Shown here: in pieces, positions 1 through 9,038 of the stretch
How positions within the stretch are numbered: the first letter of the stretch is position 1
Layout of the letters: every line of letters begins with the position of its first letter
Source of the DNA: a virus
Lineage: Duplodnaviria; Heunggongvirae; Uroviricota; Caudoviricetes
IMG/VR virus record: IMGVR_UViG_3300035517_000267
Span: 67,521 to 131,520 of that record
DNA: 64,000 nt
Direction: 5' to 3' (one strand)
The notes under the pieces: model-generated
The model's input: the letters and a program-made list of their open reading frames with translations, nothing else
What the model was told of the DNA's origin: nothing
Database searches by the model: none
Translations under genes and position numbers: made by a program

Positions 1-288
1 GTTAAATACTCCAACATTAATATTTTCATCTGATAAGCACGAGATTAGGGTTCCGTATAGCCAGCTATTAAATGATGTCCACTCAGCCATTTCATTATTT
101 CCGAGCTTAATATTAAATTCTTCCTCTGTAAAAAAATGATAATCTACTCCGTCTATCTCGCCCTCCCTAGGAGGACGAGTAGTACAGCTAATTATTTTAT
201 GATATGCGGGATTCGAGGCTAGTAGCGCTTTAAGGCATGAATCTTTACCGCTACCAGCTTCGCCCATGAGCGCAATAATTTTATACAT
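1..288 (-). CDS. guanylate kinase-like nucleotide kinase; partial, continues past the window start
   Basis: Translation from the ATG at 286-288 gives MYKIIALMGEAGSGKD (P-loop) followed by TTRPPREGEIDGVDYHF, the guanylate kinase signature. Confidence 0.6.
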   Translation of the reverse strand, partial: MYKIIALMGEAGSGKDSCLKALLASNPAYHKIISCTTRPPREGEIDGVDYHFFTEEEFNIKLGNNEMAEWTSFNSWLYGTLISCLSDENINVGVFN

Positions 289-289
289 T

Positions 290-577
290 TTATTCCTCCT
301 CCGTGAAAGCCCAGGTTTCTCCATAATCTGAGAAACGATAAATGTTAATATCTGGACCAGGAGATCCCCAAACGAAGAAAAAACAATTTTCATTTGCGCC
401 TAATTTAAGTTTTTCTTTGCTAATTTCGACTACTTTATCGAGCTTTTTAACTCCATTACCATAGTTGAGGTATCTTTGACCAAACATAAAGCCAAAGATA
501 GACCTCGTTGCATTAGAGTAATATTTCTCAAGTATTTGTTGTTTAGTCATCTTCACTTTCTCCTTTTGCCCTTTCAC
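290..577 (-). CDS. hypothetical protein
   Basis: ORF of 95 aa; its stop overlaps the start of the downstream kinase gene. Confidence 0.4.
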   Translation of the reverse strand: MKGQKEKVKMTKQQILEKYYSNATRSIFGFMFGQRYLNYGNGVKKLDKVVEISKEKLKLGANENCFFFVWGSPGPDINIYRFSDYGETWAFTEEE

Positions 578-2543
578 CTCTTAATACAAGGCTTCCATCT
601 TCTTTAATTTCATCTATCTTATAAAGTTGATGTTTTACAAGTGAATTTGCGTACTTCTTCGGCACAAATTGATCGCCACGTCTATATCCTTGAATAACTA
701 GCAAAGATCCACGGTTAAACCAACTGCGTTCTTCTATCGACTTGGTTCCATCTGCATTTATTTTACTAATTTGCTTGTCGAACAAACTAAAATGCTCTTT
801 GTTAAATCTAATAGTGACTACTCCATCTGTTGTTAATAAATAGATTGTACTTTTAGCTTTATCTTTTGCAAGACAAGTTCCGCAAATTCTGCTAAGCTTA
901 TAAAGAGGAATTCTTGCGTCACCTTTCTTCAATGTATAAGAAACAACAGGTGTCTCAGGAAGTTCTCCAAAATCGACTATTTGATATTGTTCCTTATTAA
1001 TGTGCGCAAGCTCATGCTCATGGTAGTAGAAACACAAGCTTTCCATCTCCCATGAAGAGAGGTTTCCACCCGCATATTTTTCCCAGGCTTCCATAAATAT
1101 CTCTGTGTTAAGAGCGTCAAGCAATTCATCTTTATTTTCTTTAATCCAATCTCTAAACACATCCATATAAGATTGATATGCTTTATCCCACACTTTAGCA
1201 TTTAAGATATTTGAATCAAAAGAATGATAATCTATTTCATTCAAGAAATCAATTGCTCTATCATCAAGTGTATAAGTGTCTGCGGATGTTTTACAAACCG
1301 ATTTTAAATACCTATTAAATTCATAAATTCTTTTTGTAAGAATATAAGGTTCTTCATCGGGGATTAAATTATATTTAATTAAAGTAGGAATATTTTGAAG
1401 TGTAAGTCTACTTTTTTTATCACAAGTCAACCACAAATATTCTACCATTGCACCTTGTCTATTAGATTCTATATTGTCAAAAGCTCCACCCTTTAAGAGA
1501 GCAACTATGGCTTGCTTGTTAGGATTTACTTTTTCAAGAAATTCTTTAATTGAATTATAAGGACGATTTGCGAATATTCTTTCAATCAATTCCTCTCCTA
1601 CATTTGTTATGCCCCTTAAACCAAAATAAATTTGATTGTTTTCTTCATCAGGAGAAAAAGTATAGCTTGATTGATTTATGTCGGGAGGAACTATTTTAAC
1701 ACCACTACTAATCATTTTACCAAGAGCTTGTGCAAGCTTTGCATAATCATTTGAACCACCGCTATCAGTAATCAAACAGGCACAATTCCAATAAATGATC
1801 GGAAAGTGGTAGCAAAGATTCATCTCCTGTAACGCAATGAGTGAGTAAGCTAGACAATGCGACCTATTAAAGCTATATCCGCGTTGTACCTTGAGTAATA
1901 CATCCCATACATAATGTGCTAGTTTTTCTGAGCAGCCCTTTTTGCGTACATTTTCAAAGAATTCTTTCTCACATTCCTCAAACAAGCTGCCTTGCTTCTT
2001 TGCTATTCCCTTGCGGCACTTATCAGCAAACGTCAAGGAGTTTCCACCAAGTCGAGGTTCTTGGACAAGCAACATCAAGCCTTCTTGGGATTCTACGATA
2101 CCATCTGTAGCTGCATCACTGCTTGCGAGCCATTTCATTTCATCAGATGTAAGACCATAAAGAGCCATTTCTTTATACCATTCACTAATATCACTTCTAT
2201 ATCTAGCCCATGTTTGAAGTGGCTGTTCTCCGCCCTTTTCCGGAGCCATTAGCCGGATAACCGAATTAAGAACAGTTAGGTCATTGATATTTTGAGGATG
2301 AATTGCAGAGATGCCTTGTATACCACTTTGTTGTTCCATTTGAAATAGCGAATGGATTTGGTGGGTATTAACCATTTCCCACATTTTTGGAGCAGTTCTT
2401 TCAATATTATAAATACCGATAACCTTTTCATATGTTTCTTTAAGAGTAGGTTCTGCGGAAACCTTACCATATTGTACTAACAGATCAAGGCAATTGTGAA
2501 TTTTATCCAAGCACTCTACAGACAACAGGTCTATCTTAATCAA
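543..2543 (-). CDS. dnaE: DNA polymerase III alpha (DnaE-type), 3' exon (C-terminal part)
   Basis: GYSFNRSHCLAYSLIALQ and PPDINQSSYTFSPDEENNQIYFGLRGITNVGEELIERI match the DnaE palm/fingers and HhH motifs. The ORF-track start is a TTG; the real exon begins near 2543 after the intron. Confidence 0.8.
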   Translation of the reverse strand: MIKIDLLSVECLDKIHNCLDLLVQYGKVSAEPTLKETYEKVIGIYNIERTAPKMWEMVNTHQIHSLFQMEQQSGIQGISAIHPQNINDLTVLNSVIRLMAPEKGGEQPLQTWARYRSDISEWYKEMALYGLTSDEMKWLASSDAATDGIVESQEGLMLLVQEPRLGGNSLTFADKCRKGIAKKQGSLFEECEKEFFENVRKKGCSEKLAHYVWDVLLKVQRGYSFNRSHCLAYSLIALQEMNLCYHFPIIYWNCACLITDSGGSNDYAKLAQALGKMISSGVKIVPPDINQSSYTFSPDEENNQIYFGLRGITNVGEELIERIFANRPYNSIKEFLEKVNPNKQAIVALLKGGAFDNIESNRQGAMVEYLWLTCDKKSRLTLQNIPTLIKYNLIPDEEPYILTKRIYEFNRYLKSVCKTSADTYTLDDRAIDFLNEIDYHSFDSNILNAKVWDKAYQSYMDVFRDWIKENKDELLDALNTEIFMEAWEKYAGGNLSSWEMESLCFYYHEHELAHINKEQYQIVDFGELPETPVVSYTLKKGDARIPLYKLSRICGTCLAKDKAKSTIYLLTTDGVVTIRFNKEHFSLFDKQISKINADGTKSIEERSWFNRGSLLVIQGYRRGDQFVPKKYANSLVKHQLYKIDEIKEDGSLVLRGERAKGESEDD

Positions 2544-3840
2544 CGTGTTATCCTATGTTTCCATAGGTACTGACTATCTCTTACTCCGTGAGAAAAGAAT
2601 TTTATATCCTTTCTCACGGAGAATACCATTTCGGTTTTCAGATGCTTCGTTTCCTAAAACATCGCTGCGTACTAATAGCAGCCCTACTCCCAGTCTCACC
2701 CGGGATAGTCGATACGCACAAAAGTTAAAGTGTTACATTCTTCCATGTTTTATAGTTAATTATATCTCTAATCGTGGTAGTAGACACGGAGGGGTATAGA
2801 GTATATAATTCTTTATTTGTCATTCCTTGTTCATGTTTTTTCCGAATATATCTTACATCATCTTCTGTAAGTTTAGCTTTAGGATTTCTAGAACCAGAAG
2901 CCTTTAAAGAGCTATGCTTCTTTTTGTTTTCTTCTGTAAAGACTTCTGGCATTACAAGCTTATAACTACGACCATTATATACATTCCAAAAACTCATTTC
3001 ATTGGTATATCTATTCTTATAGTCCTTATAGACATCTTTCCAATATTCTCCATTGGCGTAGCGCTTCCTTAAATCTATAACCTCTTCATATGTTAATACA
3101 TTACCTTTATTACAAAACTGATTAGAAAATTCAGTATTATAAGGATAACATTCTACCGAGGGAGTTAGATTTGTATAAGTTTGATGGTTGTAGCACTTCC
3201 TAAAAGCTTCATAACTTATCTTATCGCTAAATTCTTCATATAAAAGATAAATTGGAATGTTTCTATGGTCTTTAATATATTGCGCTTCTTCTTGCGTCAA
3301 ACAAGCATTTGCATTATCACTTCCATATTTAGCTTTATCACCCATAGTATACATCCCACCCTTAGCTACATTATAGCCATTAGGGACTAAACTATTTTTT
3401 TCTTGAATTAACTTTATTTCCAGCTCAGAAGCTTCTTCAACGCTAATTCCTTCATAAAGAACTTCAAAGGTAAAATTCTCTTTACCATACTTTTGAATTG
3501 CGTTCGTAATAGCTTGACGTCTCTTTGGATCTCCTATTTTAGAACACTCATTCTGCCAACGCCTCTTGTAATTGTTGGTTATTCCAATATAAATTTTCCC
3601 ATTTATATTATTGGTTATTTGATATACATACATACTTCATTACTCCTTTACAGTTCATATTAGATGTACCCCTACATTAAATATGAAAGTCGGAATAAAC
3701 ACTTTAAACTTTTTTGGTCCGGGATTACCATGAGATAAAAATCTTTTAGGCTTCCCCGGTGCTATATAGGTATTATTTACTTACGAGTTGCCTCAGCCTA
3801 TATAACATTGCTAGTAAGCAATTAGGTATTTAGTAGCCTG
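2544..3840 (-). mobile_element. group I intron interrupting dnaE, carrying a GIY-YIG homing endonuclease gene
   Basis: The DnaE reading frame is broken: exon 1 ends ...DCSQQLV and exon 2 resumes ...IKIDLLSV, aligning to DnaE LLKFDFLGL. The intervening about 1.3 kb holds a free-standing GIY-YIG ORF, and the 3' intron segment (2548-2730) contains GACUA-type core sequence shared with the dnaB intron. Confidence 0.7.
2725..3633 (-). CDS. GIY-YIG homing endonuclease (I-TevI-like, with a C-terminal NUMOD/IENR-type DNA-binding region)
   Basis: MYVYQITNNINGKIYIGITNNYKRRWQNE and NGYNVAKGG form the GIY-YIG motifs. The C-terminal region is related to the second intron endonuclease (MPEVFTE... KTWK). 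Confidence 0.85.
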   Translation of the reverse strand: MYVYQITNNINGKIYIGITNNYKRRWQNECSKIGDPKRRQAITNAIQKYGKENFTFEVLYEGISVEEASELEIKLIQEKNSLVPNGYNVAKGGMYTMGDKAKYGSDNANACLTQEEAQYIKDHRNIPIYLLYEEFSDKISYEAFRKCYNHQTYTNLTPSVECYPYNTEFSNQFCNKGNVLTYEEVIDLRKRYANGEYWKDVYKDYKNRYTNEMSFWNVYNGRSYKLVMPEVFTEENKKKHSSLKASGSRNPKAKLTEDDVRYIRKKHEQGMTNKELYTLYPSVSTTTIRDIINYKTWKNVTL

Positions 3841-5675
3841 ACTAATTGTTGACTACAATCTTCGCTATCATGCAGATCAAACTGTGTTACAATGTCTCCA
3901 TTAGGCACTTTCATTAAGGCGGTTGATTTTGTAAAAGGTTCATCTACAAAAATAACTCCACCAGCGTGCTCTCCGACGCGACATACCAAGCCTTCTATCT
4001 TCTGTGCGACTTCCCAAACTTCAGGATAGTCATTAGTCATGGCATTAACAAAAGTGGGAATTGGTTTAAATCCTTTTTCTTCGTCTCCATAGAAACATTC
4101 TTTAAGTGTGCGGGTTTGCCCTCTATCAGCAGGAATAAGAGACGCAAGATAAAGACCTACATCACTATCTATGCCAAGTCCTCTCGCAGCCGTTTGGATT
4201 GCTGACTTACTTTTTTCAGTTCCAAAAGTAACTACATTAGCCACTCTATCTTGTCCATAAAAATCACGAAGATGTTGGAGCACTTGAGCACGCCTTCCTC
4301 CCTCTATATCGCTATCTATGTCGAGCACAGAAACACGCTCGGGATTCAAAAATCTCCATGAATAGCATTTTGTCTCTTCCCATAATGGATTTATCTGAAT
4401 AATATCGAGCACATATAGCAAGGCAAACCCAACTCCTGAACCACGACCAGGTCCAACTAGAGTTCCTGCATTCCAGCATTCTTCAATCGTCTTTTGAAGA
4501 TTTAAAAAATAAGCACTCCAATGTGTTTTATTTACTTCTGAACTTTTCCAAGTAATTTCAAGATTGCTATTAAGTTCGTCATAAGTTTCTTGATTTTGCA
4601 GTCGAGAGTCTTTCTTTAATTTATCTACAACTGCCCTTGCGAGAATACTATCTCCATCAAAGCTCGATTGAGCGAACGTCCGCAAATAAGGAATTTTTTC
4701 ATACCATTCTTCTTCAATTGTTTTTGTCTCAGGAATTTTCCAGATAAGAGAAGGAATTTTTAGAGGCTTCAAAAGGCTATAATCTTCGCAAGCATCTTTA
4801 ATTTTTCTTATATTCTCATAAGCTGTATTTAGCTGTATCTCTGTAAAATAATCAAAATAAAGCTCTATTTCAGTTGTATCCATTATATAAGTTGTAGCAT
4901 AAAAAGAATCAACTTCTCTTTCACCATCCTGAGAATTAAGAAAAGCTTTGTGAATCGGAGCATCTTCTCTTCGTGTATAGTGAGTATCTGTAGTTATGAT
5001 ATAAGGAATGTTGAGCGTAGAAGAAAGATTAAGAAGGAACTTATTAACTTCTATTTGTTCATCATTTCTGGAAGGCTGCATTTCAAAATAGAAATTACCT
5101 TCTCCAAACAAATGTACCATACTAGTACACCAGTTAATAATTTGTTCATAAACTGTTTCATCATCTGTTATAAGATATTCCAAGATATGTTGCGGAAGCC
5201 AGCCTCCTAGACACGCACTACTTCCTATTACGTTTCCTCTATCTTGTCCTATAATCTCTATAAGATCTTGGTAATAAGTGGGAACCCTCGTCATTCCTCT
5301 TGAAGAATAACTGCGTTCCCATGCTCTTGTTGAAAGTTCTCTTATCTGCTCATGTCCTCTAGCATTTTTTGCTAAAAGAATAAAGTGCCAATACTTATCT
5401 TGTCCAGCAATATAAGTTTCAGGAGATAACCCATCTCGGCAAAGATAAATTTCATTGCCTCTAATAACCTTAAAGTCTGGATGATCTTTCTTTACTTTGC
5501 TATAATACTTTTCAATTTTGACGGCATTACTTATAGTTTCATGCTCGGTAAACGCAATAACTTCATGCCCAAGCTCAATAGCTCGATCTATAGAAGATTC
5601 TATGGTTGAAATGGCGTCGCGTAAGCGCAAATTACTATAATCCGTGTGCCCATGCAATGAACCGGGATAACCCAA
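3822..5675 (-). CDS. dnaE: DNA polymerase III alpha (DnaE-type), 5' exon (PHP domain and N-terminal palm)
   Basis: LHGHTDYS... FTEHE is the PHP domain; NFYFEMQ and GFALLYVLDIIQINPL are DnaE-like. The frame closes at 3822 inside the intron. Confidence 0.8.
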   Translation of the reverse strand: MGYPGSLHGHTDYSNLRLRDAISTIESSIDRAIELGHEVIAFTEHETISNAVKIEKYYSKVKKDHPDFKVIRGNEIYLCRDGLSPETYIAGQDKYWHFILLAKNARGHEQIRELSTRAWERSYSSRGMTRVPTYYQDLIEIIGQDRGNVIGSSACLGGWLPQHILEYLITDDETVYEQIINWCTSMVHLFGEGNFYFEMQPSRNDEQIEVNKFLLNLSSTLNIPYIITTDTHYTRREDAPIHKAFLNSQDGEREVDSFYATTYIMDTTEIELYFDYFTEIQLNTAYENIRKIKDACEDYSLLKPLKIPSLIWKIPETKTIEEEWYEKIPYLRTFAQSSFDGDSILARAVVDKLKKDSRLQNQETYDELNSNLEITWKSSEVNKTHWSAYFLNLQKTIEECWNAGTLVGPGRGSGVGFALLYVLDIIQINPLWEETKCYSWRFLNPERVSVLDIDSDIEGGRRAQVLQHLRDFYGQDRVANVVTFGTEKSKSAIQTAARGLGIDSDVGLYLASLIPADRGQTRTLKECFYGDEEKGFKPIPTFVNAMTNDYPEVWEVAQKIEGLVCRVGEHAGGVIFVDEPFTKSTALMKVPNGDIVTQFDLHDSEDCSQQLVRLLNT

Positions 5676-5677
5676 GA

Positions 5678-6049
5678 TTACTTACCTCCTTTATATATCT
5701 TTTTATACCACTCTCTATCATCAATAGATAAGATAAGTTCCTTACCACAAAAAGGACAATTCATAAAAGAGATAGTATGAAGGTCACGCTTTTTATTCTT
5801 TATATCTTCTTCTTTAAATCTGATGACCGACTTACAATTGGCGCATTTTGTTTCATACCCAGCTGCTATTGATTTTGTTGCCATAAAGTCTTCACAAGTC
5901 AAGGCGGCTGTATCTGGATGGCGCTCTTTTTGGTTTACATCAAGAGAGCCATAAATCTTACAATTACAAGCATCATAGCCACAAAAATAAGAAGTAAAGA
6001 AATTGATACAATTAGAACATTTTTTCATTATTTTCCCTCTTTTGTACAT
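5678..6049 (-). CDS. Cys-rich zinc-ribbon protein, paralog family
   Basis: Several CxxC pairs and a C-terminal DDREWYKKIY motif shared with the two downstream small ORFs. Confidence 0.5.
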   Translation of the reverse strand: MYKRGKIMKKCSNCINFFTSYFCGYDACNCKIYGSLDVNQKERHPDTAALTCEDFMATKSIAAGYETKCANCKSVIRFKEEDIKNKKRDLHTISFMNCPFCGKELILSIDDREWYKKIYKGGK

Positions 6050-6236
6050 CTATAATGGCTTCGCTTCCACAACAAGGACAATGAATATAGAATGTTGTAG
6101 AAAAAAACGTGCGAGCGATTACATCTTGAGGCTCATATTCAAGTAATGAGTTACTCCAATAACATCTTATTTGCTTCTTCTTTACACAATTTTCTATAAC
6201 TTTAACCATTAATTTTCTCATACCACTCTCTATCAT
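6012..6236 (-). CDS. Cys-rich zinc-ribbon protein, paralog
   Basis: Contains HCPCCGSEAIIDV, a CxxC zinc-ribbon motif of the same kind as in the two neighbouring Cys-rich ORFs. Confidence 0.4.
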   Translation of the reverse strand: MIESGMRKLMVKVIENCVKKKQIRCYWSNSLLEYEPQDVIARTFFSTTFYIHCPCCGSEAIIDVQKRENNEKMF

Positions 6237-6426
6237 CTTTAGCCAAGACTACTACTTCTCCGCAACAAGGACAATTATCTTTAAGAAGCTTGTAAGCATG
6301 CCACCCATCAATTTCATCTATGCGTCGAGTTGACAAGATATCTTCGCCTCCAAAGCCAAGAATTGAACCACAACTTTCGCAAGTTGTTTTGTATTTAGGT
6401 ACGTTGTTTTTAATTATTGTAACCAT
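6202..6426 (-). CDS. Cys-rich zinc-ribbon protein, paralog
   Basis: CESCGS ... CPCCGEVVVLAKDDREWYEKING shares the DDREWY motif; AAAGGAGATAG ribosome-binding site upstream. Confidence 0.5.
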   Translation of the reverse strand: MVTIIKNNVPKYKTTCESCGSILGFGGEDILSTRRIDEIDGWHAYKLLKDNCPCCGEVVVLAKDDREWYEKING

Positions 6427-6439
6427 AAACTATCTCCTT

Positions 6440-6476
6440 TCTAATAATATTATACCATATTTTTCTCTATATAGCA
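6440..6476 (-). promoter_or_regulatory. conserved phage promoter (minus strand): extended -10 TATGGTATAAT
   Basis: One of at least 15 copies of the motif. Plus strand reads ...tatatattata(c/t)cata(t)ttttat...aaaaagtaaaaag; minus strand reads TTTACT-17 nt-TGnTATAAT-ATATATAGAAA. Confidence 0.6.
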
Positions 6477-6479
6477 AGC

Positions 6480-7676
6480 TTACTTGAGAACCAGGGTAAG
6501 CTTTTTAGTGGCACGAGTTACAGCTGTATAGAGCCATCGACGATGTTCTTCTTTGTCGTAAGGAAAAGATTCTTCGATAACTAAGACCTTATCCCATTGG
6601 GATCCCTGTGCTCGATGAGTAGTGATAGCATAACCATAATTAAACTCTATAGGAAGGGGCGGATTTTTGCTGCCCTTTCCCGCGTAGGTAATCATATATT
6701 CTTCTTGCGGAGTAAAAGTTTTTGTTCCAGTACAAAGAGCTTTATAATCAATAGGAACATTATAAATCATATCACCAGAGCTTGTTATTAAATCAGTTAC
6801 AAGAACTTCTGCTTTAAATCTTTTATGCAATTTTTTATTTACATATATTCTATTTTCCAGCCGCATAGTATCAATAGTGCAAATAGAACCATTAACCAGA
6901 GGGTCTTGTTTTTCTTGAGAGACTAAATCCCAATTATTTTTTAAACAAATGATTTTCTCTCCAATTACTGGATTATTTGCGGGATAGCCCTTTTCCGCAC
7001 GAACAAAATTATTTATTGCGATACGAGTTTTATTAGTAGCAGTAAGTATTTCGTCTGCCCAGTTATACATTCCAGTTACCAAATCTTGAGAACGTACAAT
7101 TTGAGTGTCATTGCCACGGAAAGGGGTAATTACTTTTCCTTCTCTAATATTCATGCTTGTAACAATAATATCGCTTTCTTTTGCTTGCCGCATTACTTCA
7201 TCAAGAAAAATGTGCGGATTGTCGAGTATGTGGTTGTCATCTTTCTTGTTTATTGGTGGTAATTGAGCAGGATCTCCGAGCGCGATAACATGAACACCAT
7301 GGCTTAAAAGTAAATTCCACATCTGTTTAGGTAGCATTGATACTTCATCCACGATTACTAGTGCAGGACAGTCGTCTAAATATTCTTTAGGATAAAAGCT
7401 ATAAGTTCCATCTTTATTTTGTTTAGCTTTATAAAGTATTTTATGAGCCGTTTTAGCGTTGGGATTCCCTTTTTCTCTTAATACCTCGGCTGCTTTGCCT
7501 GTATAAGCAAGGTAGATTACATCTTCTGGATCAAGCCCTAAAGCTGCAATAATAAAGGTTACTAGAGTCGACTTTCCACTTCCTGCGTAGCCACTAATCA
7601 CGGTATAGAGTTCTCCACGCTTATATCGTTCGACTGCAATTTTAAGCCCTTCGGCTTGCTTGTCTGTAAGAACCAT
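6480..7676 (-). CDS. SF1 DNA helicase, Dda/RecD-like
   Basis: GYAGSGKST (Walker A), VIVDEVSML, GDPAQLPPI and YAITTHRAQGSQWDKVLV motifs. Confidence 0.8.
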   Translation of the reverse strand: MVLTDKQAEGLKIAVERYKRGELYTVISGYAGSGKSTLVTFIIAALGLDPEDVIYLAYTGKAAEVLREKGNPNAKTAHKILYKAKQNKDGTYSFYPKEYLDDCPALVIVDEVSMLPKQMWNLLLSHGVHVIALGDPAQLPPINKKDDNHILDNPHIFLDEVMRQAKESDIIVTSMNIREGKVITPFRGNDTQIVRSQDLVTGMYNWADEILTATNKTRIAINNFVRAEKGYPANNPVIGEKIICLKNNWDLVSQEKQDPLVNGSICTIDTMRLENRIYVNKKLHKRFKAEVLVTDLITSSGDMIYNVPIDYKALCTGTKTFTPQEEYMITYAGKGSKNPPLPIEFNYGYAITTHRAQGSQWDKVLVIEESFPYDKEEHRRWLYTAVTRATKKLTLVLK

Positions 7677-7693
7677 AGTTTCCTCACTTCTTA

Positions 7694-7984
7694 TTAAAGA
7701 GTTTTACAATCATATTTACAAGTGGCACAATCGCCCTTGCATACAAAATAATTCAACAAGTCATCGGCAATAAAGGCTGCGGATTCTACACGAGAACAAT
7801 TGGTCTCCGCCATTATATTCTGTATATCCTTTTCAAAGAGTACTTCTTCATAATCTAGGGGTTCTACAGTATTATCATTATTTAAAAGAATCTTATAGCA
7901 ATAATTAATAAAGCGTTCACCTTTTTGGTTAATGTATTGATGTTTGAAACTGTTTATTATGCGCTTAACATACCGCTTTAACAT
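7694..7984 (-). CDS. hypothetical protein
   Basis: ORF only. Confidence 0.35.
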   Translation of the reverse strand: MLKRYVKRIINSFKHQYINQKGERFINYCYKILLNNDNTVEPLDYEEVLFEKDIQNIMAETNCSRVESAAFIADDLLNYFVCKGDCATCKYDCKTL

Positions 7985-8159
7985 TTTCTATCTCCTTGTC
8001 TATCATATCTCGCATTATCTTTAACCCATTTTCATCTAAAGTAGGAAATTTAACTGGGAGTGTTAATGTATCCCCTATTTTTTCAACTATATGCTGATGA
8101 GTTTCTTGAAGCTCGTCTACGCTAATAAGATTTTTCATATCATAAAGTAATATATTCAT
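7965..8159 (-). CDS. hypothetical protein
   Basis: ORF with an AGGAGGAATAAAAAG ribosome-binding site and the conserved promoter upstream. Confidence 0.4.
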   Translation of the reverse strand: MNILLYDMKNLISVDELQETHQHIVEKIGDTLTLPVKFPTLDENGLKIMRDMIDKEIENVKAVC

Positions 8160-8164
8160 CTTTT

Positions 8165-8200
8165 TATTCCTCCTATTATTATTATACCATATTAAGAAAT
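8165..8200 (-). promoter_or_regulatory. conserved promoter copy
   Basis: Minus strand TATGGTATAAT followed by AGGAGGAATAAAAAGATG. Confidence 0.55.
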
Positions 8201-8330
8201 TTAAATCAATTAATTACTTTAACCTAAAAATTTCTAAAAGTGATTTTAGTTTTGAGGAACGATAAAGGCAGTCATAATCGCTCCGACTGCATATAAAAAA
8301 AATAAGGGGAGCATTTAAGCTCCCCTAGAA

Positions 8331-9038
8331 TCAAGTGGTAAAGTAGTTATAAGCAATTATTGCATTTGTCTGCGCGTAAGCATGAGTATAAGAGGCGCCT
8401 CTCTCATAACATTTAGAAAAGGCTAACGCTGCGGCAGACGCATCTTGTAAGTTTAAGAAGGCATCATAATTGAACCCTCTGTAATAATTTGACCCATAAG
8501 TATCCATTTCATATTCAATTGTGTCTCTAAGAAAATTACACTGAGTCTCAAGATCCGTTCCCCAGACAGAAGAATATCCTTTAGACCATTGGCAGATTCC
8601 ATAATATCCATTTCCGTATAGCCAATACTGAATATTAAGAGTTCCGCCGCCAACTTCTCGCATCATATTGCCTAGTAGTCCTGCACAAACATAATCATTA
8701 TAGCCAAGGTCTTTAAAGTAATTCCAAATGTAAGCTGCATTAGGATACTCGGTTTCCTTTTGGCTTGCCGCAGCTTCTTCTTGATATGATTTCTTGGCAT
8801 AATATGCTTTCCACCATTCTTCTTGTGCGGTTTTGATTATGTCGCAATCTTCTTCATAGCCCAATCCTCTAGCTCCTTCTGCCATTTGATGGGCTGCATC
8901 CATTCTAGCTTCTTGCTCAGCTATAAGATCGGTTGAGGGCGCTGCCGCAAATCCCCAGCTTGCGATCATAGATGCTACTAAAGCAATACAAATAATTTGT
9001 TTTTTCATGTTGTCCTCCTTAAAATAGAGGTTACGCAA
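8331..9038 (-). CDS. secreted protein with signal peptide; possibly a lysozyme-like domain
   Basis: N-terminal MKKQIICIALVASMIASWGFAAAP signal peptide; a GICQWS-containing domain. No firm family assignment. Confidence 0.4.
   Translation of the reverse strand: MRNLYFKEDNMKKQIICIALVASMIASWGFAAAPSTDLIAEQEARMDAAHQMAEGARGLGYEEDCDIIKTAQEEWWKAYYAKKSYQEEAAASQKETEYPNAAYIWNYFKDLGYNDYVCAGLLGNMMREVGGGTLNIQYWLYGNGYYGICQWSKGYSSVWGTDLETQCNFLRDTIEYEMDTYGSNYYRGFNYDAFLNLQDASAAALAFSKCYERGASYTHAYAQTNAIIAYNYFTT

Noticed and set aside
2276-2470. Small minus-strand and plus-strand ORFs nested in the dnaE 3' exon (1916-2252 plus strand, 2276-2470 minus strand, 977-1201 minus strand).
   Set aside because: Alternative-frame ORFs inside a well-supported polymerase coding region.
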